From Synechococcus sp. UW140 (lineage in GTDB: Bacteria > Cyanobacteriota > Cyanobacteriia > PCC-6307 > Cyanobiaceae): a stretch of DNA of 64,000 bases. Shown in pieces: positions 17,200 to 30,507 of this stretch. Both the position numbers and the translations under genes were made by a program. A model generated the notes under the pieces. It worked only from the letters and a program-made list of their open reading frames with translations, ran no database searches and had not been told where the DNA came from. The stretch spans positions 15,705-79,704 of the forward strand of contig CALSBG010000007.1 of NCBI GenBank assembly GCA_943373125.1, read 5' to 3'. Numbering within the stretch: the first letter of the stretch is position 1; each line of letters starts with the position of its first letter.

Positions 17200-18863
17200 G
17201 GCTGGGCGACCTGCTTCACGGATGGGCTGGAGGGCTCCTGGCCTGGGGTGTGGCCGTAGCCGTAGGGCTCGGTCACCAGCGGGGCTTCCCCAAGCCAGTT
17301 TTCCACCGGGGGAGGTGAAGACGTGAGCCACTCGGGGGTGAGGGCATTCCAGGGGTTGTCGCCGGCGATGTCCCCCTTGAAGGCCGTCAGTACCACGTTG
17401 ATCAACAGGGGGATGGTGCTAATCGCCATCAACAGGGCTCCCACGCTGCTCACCTGATTCAAGGTGGTGAAGCTGGGGTCGTACTCCGCTACGCGCCTAG
17501 GCATCCCATTAAGGCCAAGCCAATGCTGGGGTGCAAAGCAGAGGTTAAAGCCAATGAATGTGAGCAGAAAGTGGAGCCTGCCCAGGTCTTCATTGAGAAG
17601 GCGCCCCGTGAATTTGGGATACCAGTGATAGAGGGAGGCGAAGACCACAAACACCGTTCCCCCGTAGACGATGTAGTGGAAATGGCCCACCACAAAGTAG
17701 GTGTCGTGAACATGGATGTCGAAGGGAACTTGGGCGAGGGCAACGCCAGTGATGCCCCCAAACACGAAGTTCACGATGAAGGCACAGGCGAACAGCATCG
17801 CTGAATTCAGGGCTATTTTCCCTCCCCAGAGGGTGGCGAGCCAATTGAAAAATTTGATGCCGGTTGGCACGGCAATGAAGGATGTAGCGATTGTGAAGAA
17901 CAGGCGCATCCAGGGCGGGGTGCCGCTGGTGAACATGTGGTGTGCCCAGACGATCAAGCCCAGGACAACAATCGCCATGATCGAATACACCATGGTGACG
18001 TAGCCAAACAGGGGCTTGCGGGCATGTACCGGCAGGATTTCACTGACCAGGCCAAAGGCTGGCAGCACCATGATGTAAACAGCCGGATGGGAATAGAACC
18101 AGAAAAGGTGTTGATACACCACCACATTACCGCCGAGCGCCGGATTGAAAAAGCCGGTATGGGCAATGATGTCGAAGCTCAACATGATCAGGGTGCCGGC
18201 TAGCACGGGAGTTGAGAGGACCACCAGGATGCTGGTGCCAAGCATGGCCCAGCAGTACATCGGCATTTGCATCAGGCCAAGCCCCGGCCGCCTTAATTTC
18301 AGGATGGTGGCAATGAAATTGATGCCCCCAAAAATGGAGCTTCCTCCCAGCAGAAGCACACTCAGGATCCACACCACTTGGCCAGCGGCTGGCGTGGTGA
18401 GGCTCAAGGGGGGATAGGCGGTCCAGCCGGATTGGGCGGCTGCCCCGGCCAGGAAATAGCTGCTGATCAGCAGGATGCCGGCTGGGGGAATCAGCCAGAA
18501 AGCAACGGCATTGAGGCGAGGGTAGGCCATGTCTCTGGCCCCCACGTAGAAGGGAATCAGGTAGTTACCAAACCCGCCATTCACCACGGGCACAATCCAC
18601 AGGAAAATCATCACCGTGCCGTGCAGAGTCAGCACTTCGTTGTAGGTCTCGCGGCTCACGAAATCGGCCATGGGACTGGCCAGTTCGGTGCGAATGACCC
18701 CAGCTAGCGCCCCACCAATCAAATAGAAGATGAAGCCGCACACCAGGTATTGGATGCCAATCACCTTGTGGTCCAAGCTGAAGCTGAAGTAGCGCAGCCA
18801 GCCCTGGGGCTGGAGATTGCCGGGGTTGCTTTGGGCGAGCTCCGATGGGTTGGCGAGGGTCAT
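17196..18863 (-). CDS. ctaD: Cytochrome c oxidase subunit I
   Basis: DHKVIGIQY, TLHGTVM, HLFWFYSHPAVY, VWAHHMF, VVGHFHY, GMPRR. Confidence 0.98.
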   Translation of the reverse strand: MTLANPSELAQSNPGNLQPQGWLRYFSFSLDHKVIGIQYLVCGFIFYLIGGALAGVIRTELASPMADFVSRETYNEVLTLHGTVMIFLWIVPVVNGGFGNYLIPFYVGARDMAYPRLNAVAFWLIPPAGILLISSYFLAGAAAQSGWTAYPPLSLTTPAAGQVVWILSVLLLGGSSIFGGINFIATILKLRRPGLGLMQMPMYCWAMLGTSILVVLSTPVLAGTLIMLSFDIIAHTGFFNPALGGNVVVYQHLFWFYSHPAVYIMVLPAFGLVSEILPVHARKPLFGYVTMVYSIMAIVVLGLIVWAHHMFTSGTPPWMRLFFTIATSFIAVPTGIKFFNWLATLWGGKIALNSAMLFACAFIVNFVFGGITGVALAQVPFDIHVHDTYFVVGHFHYIVYGGTVFVVFASLYHWYPKFTGRLLNEDLGRLHFLLTFIGFNLCFAPQHWLGLNGMPRRVAEYDPSFTTLNQVSSVGALLMAISTIPLLINVVLTAFKGDIAGDNPWNALTPEWLTSSPPPVENWLGEAPLVTEPYGYGHTPGQEPSSPSVKQVAQP

Positions 18864-18870
18864 GGAGCTC

Positions 18871-19716
18871 TTAGGTGGTGGTAGGGGCTGGGGTGTTTTG
18901 GGCGAGCCAGCTTTGGTAGGCCTCGGGTTCATGGACCACCACGTTGGAGCGCATGCCCCCGTGATACGGGCCGCACAGCTCTGCGCAAACAATGGGGTAG
19001 GTGCCGGCCCTCGTGGCCGTAAAGGAGAGCAGGGTGGGTTGGCCTGGGATCACGTCTTGCTTGAGCCGAAACTGGGGCACCCAGAAGGCGTGGATCACGT
19101 CGCGGGCCTCCATGTGGAGTTCCACTGGTTGACCAACCGGCACATGAAGTTCTCCGCTGGTGATGCCTGCATTGGGGTAGTGAAAGATGAACGCAAATTG
19201 CATCGCCGTCACATCAACCGGCAGGGCAGCTGCAGCACCATTGGTGGCATCAACGCCCACGCCAATGCCCGCCCAGATTTTGGCTGGAGTGGCCGGGTTT
19301 GAGCTCGTGCCACTTGATTCGGAGGCCATGGCCAGCATGGCGCTGTGGTCATGCATGGAAGCCATGCCACCCATGCGCTCGTAGATGTCGTAGCTGTAAA
19401 GGCCAACAAACAACACCACCACGGCCGGGATGGCCGTCCAGACGATTTCCAGGGGCAGGTTGCCTTCGATGGCCAATCCGTCACCGACATCGCCAGGGAG
19501 GCGTCGAAAGGCCACCAGGCTGTAAACCAACAGGATCAGGATGCCCAGAAACAGGACCGTGCCAATGCTGAATAAAACCTTAAAAAGGGCGTCATAGGTG
19601 GGCGCATTGCTGCTGGCAGCAATCGGCAGCACATTGACGTTGTATCCCACCCAAAGGCCCACCAGCAGCAGGGCTGCCGTGGAGGTGGTAAGAACGAGAA
19701 CTGCGGGAAGTTTCAC
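18871..19716 (-). CDS. ctaC: Cytochrome c oxidase subunit II
   Basis: EIVWTAIP; CuA motifs DVIHAFWVP and CAELCGPYHGGM. Confidence 0.96.
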   Translation of the reverse strand: MKLPAVLVLTTSTAALLLVGLWVGYNVNVLPIAASSNAPTYDALFKVLFSIGTVLFLGILILLVYSLVAFRRLPGDVGDGLAIEGNLPLEIVWTAIPAVVVLFVGLYSYDIYERMGGMASMHDHSAMLAMASESSGTSSNPATPAKIWAGIGVGVDATNGAAAALPVDVTAMQFAFIFHYPNAGITSGELHVPVGQPVELHMEARDVIHAFWVPQFRLKQDVIPGQPTLLSFTATRAGTYPIVCAELCGPYHGGMRSNVVVHEPEAYQSWLAQNTPAPTTT

Positions 19717-19959
19717 TGCTCTAATGGTTCTTAGGAGCCAGCCTATTGGGCGCTGGCTTGCCTAAGGCGTTGATCGGCTGACTTGGTGGGCAAATCCACG
19801 CTGATCCACCCCCGTTGAATGGCGTGCCCTGAACGTTACTTACTCTGTGAACCTTTAGGACCGGGTCAAAATGGTTGGCTAGGCGATGTGCGGAATTGCC
19901 CACCCGGCTTTGGTGTTGAGCTTGATTTACCTAAGCTGATTTACCGGCGGGATTGAGTC

Positions 19960-20937
19960 ATGGCAAGGGTTTTACCGCCAGATCTTCAGCTCTGCCCGAA
20001 ACCTGAGTCGCGTCAAGATCTTGGGTTGCGCCACAGCCTCGCCCTGCTGGCCTCCCATTTGGTCGTGGCGCTCGTGGCGCTGGTGGCGATTGGCGGGGCC
20101 ACCCGGGTCATGGAAGCGGGCTTGGCCTGCCCAGATTGGCCCCTCTGTTACGGCCGTTTTTTGCCGGGCCAACAGATGAATGTCCAGGTCTTTTTGGAAT
20201 GGTTTCACCGCCTGGATGCCTTTGTGGTGGGGGTGGCCCTGCTGGTGTTTGTTGGCTTGGGTGTGGCCCTGCGTAGGCGGCTGCCTGCCTGGTTGCCGTG
20301 GATGGCCGCCCTGGCCCTGGCCTTGGTGGCCTTTCAGGGAGCCCTGGGGGCCCTCACCGTGACCCATCTGTTGGCCTCCCCTTTGGTGACGGCCCATTTG
20401 GCCACGGGCTTGGCACTGGTGTCCTTGGTCAGCGGCCTCTACCAGAGGCTGGCCATGGCGCCCGAAGCCATGGCGCCCGAAGTATTCAGGCAATCCCCTG
20501 CCGTGCCCCGCTGGTGGCAGGCCCTGGCGGGCCTCGCCCTGGTTTTGGTGTTTAGCCAGAGCTTGCTAGGCGGTTTGATGGCAAGCCAATGGGCGGCGGA
20601 TCAGTGCCTGGCTTCTGGTGAGGCCTGCCAATGGTTGCTTGCCCACCGGCAGCTGGCCCTTGGGGCGGCAGGTGGGGTGGCCCTCATGGCCGCAACGGCT
20701 CCCCTGCTCCCCCGGGAGCTGGGCCATCTGCAGGGCCTGGCCTTCGGGGCGATCGGCCTGGTTGCCTTGCAGGTCGGCCTGGGCATTTGGACGTTGAAGT
20801 TGCAACTGGCGGTGCAGGCTGTCACGGTGGCGCACCAATTGGTCGCTGCCCTACTGGTCGCCCTGTTGTCTGCTGTCTTGGCGAGGACTTTGGGTCCTTC
20901 GCAGCCCCAGCCCAGCAAGGAGTTGGTCCATGGTTAG
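19960..20937 (+). CDS. ctaA: Heme A synthase
   Basis: [41 protein letters not shown]. Confidence 0.92.
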   Translation: MARVLPPDLQLCPKPESRQDLGLRHSLALLASHLVVALVALVAIGGATRVMEAGLACPDWPLCYGRFLPGQQMNVQVFLEWFHRLDAFVVGVALLVFVGLGVALRRRLPAWLPWMAALALALVAFQGALGALTVTHLLASPLVTAHLATGLALVSLVSGLYQRLAMAPEAMAPEVFRQSPAVPRWWQALAGLALVLVFSQSLLGGLMASQWAADQCLASGEACQWLLAHRQLALGAAGGVALMAATAPLLPRELGHLQGLAFGAIGLVALQVGLGIWTLKLQLAVQAVTVAHQLVAALLVALLSAVLARTLGPSQPQPSKELVHG

Positions 20938-21934
20938 CGCTCCACTTCAGCAGCCCGGACTGGCTCCAGAGCCCAGTGGCACCCTCCCAAGGATACGGCC
21001 ATCGGTGGTGTTGCCGCCCTGGTTGGAGGTGGCGAAACCGCGGTTGATTCCCCTGTTGCTGGCCACCACCCTGGCCGGCATGGCCGTCAGCGCTGACGGC
21101 TGGCTCGATGCCGCCACGATCACCTGTGCCCTGGTGGGAGGGGCCTTGGCCTCAGCTGCCGCGGGGGTCCTGAATTGTCTTTGGGAACAGGATCTCGATG
21201 GGCGCATGCAGCGCACCAGTCGCCGGGCCTTGCCCTCAGGGCGGTTGGCCCAGCGCCAAGCGTTTGGCCTCGCCATTGGCTTAACGGCGCTGTCGGTCTT
21301 GATCTTGGTGCTGGGGGTCAATCCCCTGGCTGCCAGCCTTTCGTTGCTTGGGCTGTGCAGTTACGTACTGCTCTACACCGCCCTTTTAAAACCCCGCACC
21401 AGCCAAAACATCGTGGTGGGCGGTGTGGCTGGGGCCATCCCCCCATTGGTGGGGGCGGCGGCGGCCACGGGCCATTTGGGTTGGGCCAGCTGGTGGCTGT
21501 TCTCCCTGGTGATGGTCTGGACCCCCGCCCACTTCTGGGCCCTGGCCCTCCTGCTTAAGGATGACTACCGCTCCGTTGGCATCCCGATGCTTCCGGTGGT
21601 CAAAGGGGTTGTCGTGACGGCCCGGGCGATTCGCCATTACGCCTACGCCACGGTGGCCATGAGTGTGGTCGGCCTCTGGGCTTTGCCCAGTGGCGGTGCG
21701 CTGTTTGGCCTGCTGGTGCTTCCGTTTAATGCCCGTTTGCTGCAGCTCACCTCCCGCTTGGCTGATCAGCCCGAGGATCCTCAGGCGGCCCGGGCCCTGT
21801 TTCGCTGGTCGATCCTTTATCTGTTTGGGATCTGCCTGCTGCTCCTGCTGGCCCGTACCCCCCAGGCAGGGTTGCTGGGTGCCCAGTTGATGGCCAGCTG
21901 GCCGCCCGGGCTGCCTACATTGGGCCTTCACTAA
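20930..21934 (+). CDS. ctaB: Heme O synthase (protoheme IX farnesyltransferase)
   Basis: [50 protein letters not shown]. Confidence 0.95.
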   Translation: MVSAPLQQPGLAPEPSGTLPRIRPSVVLPPWLEVAKPRLIPLLLATTLAGMAVSADGWLDAATITCALVGGALASAAAGVLNCLWEQDLDGRMQRTSRRALPSGRLAQRQAFGLAIGLTALSVLILVLGVNPLAASLSLLGLCSYVLLYTALLKPRTSQNIVVGGVAGAIPPLVGAAAATGHLGWASWWLFSLVMVWTPAHFWALALLLKDDYRSVGIPMLPVVKGVVVTARAIRHYAYATVAMSVVGLWALPSGGALFGLLVLPFNARLLQLTSRLADQPEDPQAARALFRWSILYLFGICLLLLLARTPQAGLLGAQLMASWPPGLPTLGLH

Positions 21935-21970
21935 GGGGTACCTAGGGGTGATGCGTCTCGTAGAGGTTGC

Positions 21971-22993
21971 TTGGTGATTGAACTGCACCAGCTCAGCAAG
22001 CGTTACACCGCGGCCAAGGGTGTGTCGGTGTCGGCCCTCAATAACCTCTCCTTGCAGGTGCCGGCGGGCAGTCTCTATGGCCTGCTTGGTCCCAATGGCG
22101 CCGGAAAAACCACGGCCCTGCGCATCCTCTGCACCCTGCTCGCCCCCGATAGCGGCACCGTGCGGGTGGCGGGCCTCGATGGCCTGGCCGATCCCCGGGG
22201 GGTGCGCCGGTTGCTGGGCTACGTGGCCCAGGACGTGGCCATCGACAAGATCCTCACGGGGCTGGAATTGCTGCAGCTCCAGGGCGACCTCTATCACCTG
22301 CAACGCCATCAGCGCGACCGCCGCATCGCTGAATTGATCGAGCTGATGGGCATGGGCGATTGGATCGATCGCCGTTGCGGCAGCTATTCGGGCGGCATGC
22401 GCCGCCGGCTCGATTTGGCAGCTGGTTTGCTGCACAGTCCCCAGGTGTTAGTCCTGGACGAGCCCACAGTGGGTCTGGATATTGAGAGTCGGGCGGCGAT
22501 TTGGCAGGTGTTGCGCCAACTCCGCGATGGCGGCACCACGGTGCTGCTCAGTAGCCACTATCTCGAGGAGGTGGATGCCCTGGCCGATCGCCTGGCCATT
22601 ATCGAATCGGGCACCGTGATTGCAGAAGGTGCCCCCTCCTCCCTCAAGGCGGCCTTAGGCGGTGATCGGCTCACCCTGCGCGTGCGGGAATTTAGTGATG
22701 CCAGCGAAGCGGCCACGGTGCAAACCCTGCTCCGGGATTGCCCAGGGGTGCGGCAGGTGGTGGTCAACCAGGCCCAGGGGTATTCGCTCAACTTGGTGAT
22801 TGAGAACGATGGGGTAGTGGAGCAACTGCGCCAGCAATTGGCTACCGCCGACTTGCCTGTCTTTGCGCTAGCCCAAAGCCGCCCGAGCCTGGATGATGTG
22901 TATCTCCAGGCCACTGGCCGCACCCTGATGGATGCGGAGCTGGCCGTGGCCGGTAGCCGCGATCCCAAAGCAGAACGCAAAGGAAGCATGTGA
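21971..22993 (+). CDS. ABC-2 (DrrA-like) exporter ATP-binding protein
   Basis: GPNGAGKTT, YSGGMRRRLD, LVLDEPTVGLD. Confidence 0.92.
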   Translation: MVIELHQLSKRYTAAKGVSVSALNNLSLQVPAGSLYGLLGPNGAGKTTALRILCTLLAPDSGTVRVAGLDGLADPRGVRRLLGYVAQDVAIDKILTGLELLQLQGDLYHLQRHQRDRRIAELIELMGMGDWIDRRCGSYSGGMRRRLDLAAGLLHSPQVLVLDEPTVGLDIESRAAIWQVLRQLRDGGTTVLLSSHYLEEVDALADRLAIIESGTVIAEGAPSSLKAALGGDRLTLRVREFSDASEAATVQTLLRDCPGVRQVVVNQAQGYSLNLVIENDGVVEQLRQQLATADLPVFALAQSRPSLDDVYLQATGRTLMDAELAVAGSRDPKAERKGSM

Positions 22994-23859
22994 TGACCAG
23001 CGCCACACCCACCATCTCCAATCGCTCGCCGGATGCGGCGGAGCAGCCCTCCGCCCTGTCCGAGATCAGCCAGGAAACCCTGGCGCTCACCAAGCGGCTG
23101 TTTTTGCAGCTGCAGCGCCGACCCTCCACCCTGGTGGCCGGGGTGTTGCAACCGCTGATTTGGTTGGTGTTGTTTGGGGCGCTGTTTGCCAAGGCTCCCG
23201 CAGGTCTGCTGCCAGGTGGCATCAGCTACGGGCGGTTCCTTGGTGCTGGGGTGATCGTCTTCACCGCCTTTAGTGCGGCACTCAATGCCGGCCTGCCGGT
23301 GATGTTTGATCGGGAATTTGGCTTTCTCAACAGGTTGCTCGTGGCACCCCTGCGCTCCCGCAGTTCGATCGTGCTGGCTTCCGTGCTCTACATCACCTGC
23401 TTGAGCCTGGTCCAGAGCTTGGCGATCATGGCAACCGCTGCCCTGCTCGGCTACGGCTGGCCCGGGGGGGGGGGCTTGCTCTTGGTGCTCATCACCCTGT
23501 TGCTGTTGGTGTTTGCGGTGACGGCCTTGAGCCTGGGGTTGGCCTTTGCGCTGCCGGGTCACATTGAGCTGATTGCGGTGATCTTTGTGGCCAATTTGCC
23601 GCTGCTGTTTGCAAGTACGGCGCTGGCACCCTTGTCGTTCATGCCGAGCTGGTTGGGCTGGCTTGCATCCCTGAATCCCCTTACCTTCGCGATTGAACCC
23701 ATTCGCGCTGCCTACGCCGGCCAGTTCTCCCTCACCGCCGTGGTGTTGGAGGCCCCCTACGGCGACCTGACTGCTGGCAGCTGCTTGCTGGTGTTGGCTG
23801 GTCTAGCAGCCGGGTTGTTTCTCCTGATTCGGCCATTGCTGGATCGCAAGCTCAGCTGA
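22990..23859 (+). CDS. ABC-2 type permease
   Basis: MFDREFGFLNRLLVAP, LASLNPLTFAIEPIR; coupled to the ATPase gene. Confidence 0.9.
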   Translation: MMTSATPTISNRSPDAAEQPSALSEISQETLALTKRLFLQLQRRPSTLVAGVLQPLIWLVLFGALFAKAPAGLLPGGISYGRFLGAGVIVFTAFSAALNAGLPVMFDREFGFLNRLLVAPLRSRSSIVLASVLYITCLSLVQSLAIMATAALLGYGWPGGGGLLLVLITLLLLVFAVTALSLGLAFALPGHIELIAVIFVANLPLLFASTALAPLSFMPSWLGWLASLNPLTFAIEPIRAAYAGQFSLTAVVLEAPYGDLTAGSCLLVLAGLAAGLFLLIRPLLDRKLS

Positions 23860-23871
23860 AATCCCATTCCC

Positions 23872-24318
23872 GTGATTGCATCCCCCCCGCTGCCTGCCCC
23901 CCCCCGCCCGGAACTCTCCGATCGTCTTTTGGCGGCCGTTGCGGAGCGGGATGGACCCCTAGCCAATCGCTTGCTGCAGCAGTGGGTCCACCGCCGCGAT
24001 CTGCCGTCATTGAAGGCTTGGATCCTGGGGCCCCTGACCTCGAGCCAAGGACCCGGGGCTTCCGCTTGGTTGCGCCATTGCCTCGAGGACAGTGCTCAAG
24101 AACCAAGGGCTGCGCTGGAGGCGGCTGGCATCGAGACGGCTGTGGTTGATCAGGCCTTGCCCGAGGTGCCCGATTCACCCGGTTTGGATTCACCCGGCTT
24201 TGATGTTCCAGTGACCCAGTCCCCAGAGGCTGGTTCCCCAGCTCCTGCGCCGGCCTCCTTGGCGGCCCTGCGGGCCTGGTTGCCGGATCGCTCGGATGCC
24301 CTTCCCTTGGCCGGTTGA
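23872..24318 (+). CDS. Hypothetical protein
   Basis: Fills the gap between permease and nanE on the same strand; its stop overlaps the nanE start. Confidence 0.65.
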   Translation: MIASPPLPAPPRPELSDRLLAAVAERDGPLANRLLQQWVHRRDLPSLKAWILGPLTSSQGPGASAWLRHCLEDSAQEPRAALEAAGIETAVVDQALPEVPDSPGLDSPGFDVPVTQSPEAGSPAPAPASLAALRAWLPDRSDALPLAG

Positions 24319-25022
24319 GCGTGAGTAACCCTGCGACCCAGCCGTCTTTGTTGGCTTCTGGCTTGATTGTCTCGGTGCAGGCACCTGAAGGCTCGCCCAT
24401 GCGGGACCCGGAGGTGATTGCGGCCATGGCCGAGGCGAGCTTGCGCAATGGCGCCTCGGGCGTACGGCTCGAGAGTCCCGAGCACATCGGCGCCGTGCGC
24501 CGCCGCTGCCCTGATGCCTTGATTGTGGGTCTCTGGAAGCGGACCTATGGCGATAGTCCCGTTTACATCACGCCAGGCTGGGCGGAGATTCAGGCGGTTT
24601 GGGCCGCCGGGGCCGATGTGGTGGCGATCGATGCCACCGACCGCCACCGGCCGGGTGGTCAATCCTTGGACGAGCTGATTCGCCGCGCCACCACCGACCT
24701 AGGGGCCGTGGTCATGGCCGATATCGATAGTGTGGGCAACGGTTTGCGGGCAGCCAAATTGGGCTGTGCCTGGGTGGGCACTACCCTGTACAGCTACACA
24801 GAAGCCACGTCTGCCCACAAGCCTCCTGGCTGGGATCTGTTGGGCGAACTCAAGGCCCAACTCCCGGAGGGTACAAGCCTGATTTGCGAGGGAGGCCTTG
24901 CCTCTGAAGATCAGGCTCTGCGGGCCCTTGAGCTTGGTGCCGACGCCGTGGTAGTGGGAACAGCCATCACTGGCGTGGACCTCCAGGTGGCGGCCTACGT
25001 GGCAAAAATCCAAGGCGGCTAG
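24315..25022 (+). CDS. nanE: N-acetylmannosamine-6-phosphate 2-epimerase
   Basis: GLIVSVQAPEGSP, IVGLWKR, VYITP, VMADI, VGTTLYSY, VVVGTAIT. Confidence 0.92.
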   Translation: MSVSNPATQPSLLASGLIVSVQAPEGSPMRDPEVIAAMAEASLRNGASGVRLESPEHIGAVRRRCPDALIVGLWKRTYGDSPVYITPGWAEIQAVWAAGADVVAIDATDRHRPGGQSLDELIRRATTDLGAVVMADIDSVGNGLRAAKLGCAWVGTTLYSYTEATSAHKPPGWDLLGELKAQLPEGTSLICEGGLASEDQALRALELGADAVVVGTAITGVDLQVAAYVAKIQGG

Positions 25023-25046
25023 GGGGGAAGGGGATCCCCCGCGGGA

Positions 25047-27121
<2,075 letters not shown>

Positions 27122-27135
27122 CTATTTTTTAAACC

Positions 27136-27182
27136 CATAACCATTTGCTCAACGCATAACCATTTGCTCAACGCATAACCAT
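27136..27182. repeat. 19-bp tandem duplication of the fabG 3' end
   Basis: CATAACCATTTGCTCAACG at 27136-27154 and 27155-27173, partial copy at 27174-27182. Confidence 0.9.
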
Positions 27183-27920
27183 GCCGCCATCGATTTGGAG
27201 CACCTGGCCGGTCATGTAGCTGCTGGCGACATCGGCAGCAAGGAACAGCACGGCGCTGGCCACCTCTTCGGGTTGGCCCATGCGGCCTAGGGGGATCGCA
27301 CCGAGGATCGGCTCCACGTCGAGATTCTTGGTCATGTCGGTCTGGATAAAGCCTGGAGCGACCGCATTCACCGTCACCCCCCGTCCGGCAAATTCAGCCG
27401 CGCAGCTGCGGGTAAAGCCAATCACCCCGGCTTTGGCTGCGCTGTAGTTCGACTGCCCAGGGTTTCCCATGAGCGCCACCACGGAAGTGATGTTGATGAT
27501 GCGGCCCGAACGAGCTTTCAGCATCGAGCGGCTCACCGCTCGGGTGCACAGGAATACCCCTGAGAGGTTGAGATCGATCACGCTCTTCCAGTCGGAGGTC
27601 TTCATCCGCATCAGCAGGCCGTCCTTGGTAATGCCGGCGTTGTTGACCAGCACATCCAGGCGCCCGGACTTGTCCAGCACGGTTTTCACCATGAGCTCCA
27701 CCTGCTCTTCGTCGGCCACATTGGCTTGATAACTCCAGGCCTTACCCCCAGCGGAATGGATCTCAGCCACCACGGCCTCGGCGGCATCCGGCGAATTTGC
27801 ATAGTTCACCACCACCTCGGCCCCCTGCGCCGCCAAGATGAGGGCAATGGAACGACCAATCCCCCGGCTCGCTCCGGTCACCAGGGTGACATGTCCAGCG
27901 AGTGCTTGGGAGGAGGCCAT
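27168..27920 (-). CDS. fabG: 3-oxoacyl-ACP reductase
   Basis: TGASRGIG, LVNNAGITKDGLLMRM, NYSAAKAG, NAVAPGFI. Confidence 0.95.
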   Translation of the reverse strand: MASSQALAGHVTLVTGASRGIGRSIALILAAQGAEVVVNYANSPDAAEAVVAEIHSAGGKAWSYQANVADEEQVELMVKTVLDKSGRLDVLVNNAGITKDGLLMRMKTSDWKSVIDLNLSGVFLCTRAVSRSMLKARSGRIINITSVVALMGNPGQSNYSAAKAGVIGFTRSCAAEFAGRGVTVNAVAPGFIQTDMTKNLDVEPILGAIPLGRMGQPEEVASAVLFLAADVASSYMTGQVLQIDGGMVMR

Positions 27921-27962
27921 CGGGGCAAAGTTTTGGTGAATAGATGTTAAGGCGCCCTGCGC

Positions 27963-28820
27963 TTAGCCAAAGCCAAGGGCCGTCAGCACCGACTCCATGC
28001 TGATCGTGGCGAGCTCAACTGCGGTGCCGAGGCTTCTCACACCCTGGCGAGGGGGCAGGCTGTCGGCCGGCCGGCCAAGGGCCACCAACGACAGACCCAG
28101 GAGCAGGGCCCACTCGATGGTTACTGGATCACTGGCTACCACAACATCGGCGCTCGCCACCAGGGCGGCCCGTTTGACTGCGCCTGCTCCTGTTGTGGAG
28201 GCAGAATCAGCAGGGGCAGAATTGACGACCCGAAGGGAGGGCAGTTTGCTGACAATGCGCTCGGGGAGGAGCTGCCACTGGGCTTGGGGCCAGTCGTTTC
28301 TGACTCCCCAGGGAGCAAGCAGCAGCGCTGGACCCTCCCCTGGGGGCAAGGCAGCAGCTGCGGCATCGAGCTCAGCTTTGGCCAGGGGCAACCGGAAGGC
28401 CTCGGCGTCCAGGTGCACCCCCACCTGTTTGAGATCGGCCTCCCAGGCCTGATTGGGCCACAGGTTGGCGCTGGCTTGAATCTTTTCCGTGGCAGAAAAG
28501 CCCGAGGCGGCAATGCGGGTGGGGATATGGCTCATCGAGAGCATCAGGTCCACCTGGCGGCTGCTGGCACGGTTGAGGCAGAGCTGAAAATCTGGCTCCC
28601 GAACCAACCCGAGCAAATTGGCCCAGTCGGCCAAGGTGGCGTCGTCGAAGGCAAAGGGAATCACCTTCTCCACGGCTGGATGGAGCTGCCAGAGGGCGGC
28701 GGTTGCCGTGGGGCACACCACCTGCACGTGGGCCTTGAGTTGGCTTGCCACCGCGTCGACAGCGGCAAAGGCTTGCAATTGCTGGCTGCTGCCACCGGGT
28801 ATCAGAAACAGGGCCCGCAT
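27963..28820 (-). CDS. Glycosyltransferase family 9-like protein
   Basis: [23 protein letters not shown]-type segment, [17 protein letters not shown]. Confidence 0.7.
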   Translation of the reverse strand: MRALFLIPGGSSQQLQAFAAVDAVASQLKAHVQVVCPTATAALWQLHPAVEKVIPFAFDDATLADWANLLGLVREPDFQLCLNRASSRQVDLMLSMSHIPTRIAASGFSATEKIQASANLWPNQAWEADLKQVGVHLDAEAFRLPLAKAELDAAAAALPPGEGPALLLAPWGVRNDWPQAQWQLLPERIVSKLPSLRVVNSAPADSASTTGAGAVKRAALVASADVVVASDPVTIEWALLLGLSLVALGRPADSLPPRQGVRSLGTAVELATISMESVLTALGFG

Positions 28821-28891
28821 TGCGGTGGCATCGGCACGGTGGCCTGATTGTATGGAGCCCAGTCGGTTTGGCCCGCTGCCGGGAGTCTCTT

Positions 28892-29572
28892 GTGCATTTG
28901 CTGATCGCCGCCGCAGGAAGTGGCCGCCGGATGGGAGCCGAAGGCAACAAGTTGTTGTTGCCCGTAGCAGGGCGGGCCGTGCTCGCCTGGACCCTGGATG
29001 CCGCCCTGGCCTCCTCCGCCATCACCTGGATCGGGCTGGTGGGCCAGCCGGTGGATAGACAGGCGATTCAGGCCATCGTGGCCGCCGCCAATCCCCGGGT
29101 TCCGGTGACGTGGATCGTGGGTGGGGAGACCCGGCAGGAATCGGTCAGCCGCGGTTTGGCGGCGCTACCGGCTGAGGCCGAGGGGGTACTGATCCATGAC
29201 GGCGCCCGCTGTTTGGTGGACCCCGATCTGTTGGAGCGCTGTGCGATGGCAGTGCAGCAGGGCCTGGCGGTGATTGCCGCGACCCCCGTGACCGATACGA
29301 TCAAACAGGTGGATGGCGGCGGATGCATCACTGCCACACCGGATCGCAGCCAGCTGTGGGCGGCCCAAACTCCCCAAGGGTTTCCGGTGCAGCAGCTGCG
29401 GGATGCCCATGCCACGGCCATGGCCGAAGGCTGGAGTGTCACCGACGATGCGGCGCTATTTGAGCGCCTCGGCCTGGCAGTGCAGATATTGGCTGCCCCC
29501 CCCTCCAACATCAAGCTCACCACCCCCTTTGATCTGACGATCGCCGAGGCGGTGTTGGCGGATCGCGGTTAG
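28892..29572 (+). CDS. ispD: 2-C-methyl-D-erythritol 4-phosphate cytidylyltransferase
   Basis: [56 protein letters not shown]. Confidence 0.96.
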   Translation: MHLLIAAAGSGRRMGAEGNKLLLPVAGRAVLAWTLDAALASSAITWIGLVGQPVDRQAIQAIVAAANPRVPVTWIVGGETRQESVSRGLAALPAEAEGVLIHDGARCLVDPDLLERCAMAVQQGLAVIAATPVTDTIKQVDGGGCITATPDRSQLWAAQTPQGFPVQQLRDAHATAMAEGWSVTDDAALFERLGLAVQILAAPPSNIKLTTPFDLTIAEAVLADRG

Positions 29573-29595
29573 GGCGGCCCTGATCCCACCACCCC

Positions 29596-30507
29596 TTAGG
29601 GAAGCAGTGCCAAGCGGCCGCCCGTACCATCGAGCTGGGCGAGCACTCCCAAGGGCAGGGCGGCATTGCAGTCGCCATGGCCGATCGGTAGGCCCGCCAC
29701 CACGGGAATCCCGAGGTCGGCGGTGCGCTCGCGCAGCACCTCCTCCAGGCTGAAGCTCGAGCGCTCTGGGCTGGTGGAGTCGTCGCAGCCGCTAAAGCTG
29801 CCCAGGCCGATGCCCGCCAACCGCTGCAGGGCACCGCCCAGCCGCCAGTGGGTGAGCATCCTCTCGATGCGGTACGGGGCTTCGCCCACGTCTTCGAGGA
29901 CCAGGATGGCGCCGTCGAGATCGGGCCAATGGGGGGTGCCCAGCAAGTGGGTGGCCACCGTGAGATTGGCCACCAATAGGGGGCCTTCGGCCAATCCTGG
30001 ATACCAGCCCTCCCCGGCTAGATCGGTCAGTGGTTCACCAAAGAGCAGGGAGCGCAAGCGCTGCTGGCTCCAGGCCGGTTCCGCCGAAAGGCTGGTGAGC
30101 AGGGGGCCATGGACGGCTCCGCCATGGCCTTGGGCCACCTGGGACCAGAGCAAGGAGGTGACATCGGAGAAGCCCAGCAACCAGGTGGTCCCCATCGCAA
30201 GGGGCCGCTCCAGGAGCCGGGCGGAACCCCAGCCCCCCCGCATGCAGGCCAGGAGGGAAACGGCTGGGTCCTCGCCCGGTCGCTCGGTGCGGAGATCGGC
30301 GGAACGCTCTTGATCGCTGCCCGCCAGGTAACCCCAGCTCCGCAGGGGCTTGCGCTCCACCACCAGCCCCCAGCTCTCCACGATGGCAATGCCGGCATCG
30401 AGGCGGGCCAGGGCTCCTTCGCCCTCCAGGCAGGAGCTGGCGGCCACCACGGCCACGGAATCTCCCGAAACCAGCGGTTTGGGCAGGCGGATCGGCGCAG
30501 CCATCAC
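29596..30507 (-). CDS. LD-carboxypeptidase (S66 family)
   Basis: RGGWGSARLL, LGFSDVT, LVLEDVGEAPYRIERML, LPIGHG. Confidence 0.92.
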   Translation of the reverse strand: MMAAPIRLPKPLVSGDSVAVVAASSCLEGEGALARLDAGIAIVESWGLVVERKPLRSWGYLAGSDQERSADLRTERPGEDPAVSLLACMRGGWGSARLLERPLAMGTTWLLGFSDVTSLLWSQVAQGHGGAVHGPLLTSLSAEPAWSQQRLRSLLFGEPLTDLAGEGWYPGLAEGPLLVANLTVATHLLGTPHWPDLDGAILVLEDVGEAPYRIERMLTHWRLGGALQRLAGIGLGSFSGCDDSTSPERSSFSLEEVLRERTADLGIPVVAGLPIGHGDCNAALPLGVLAQLDGTGGRLALLP

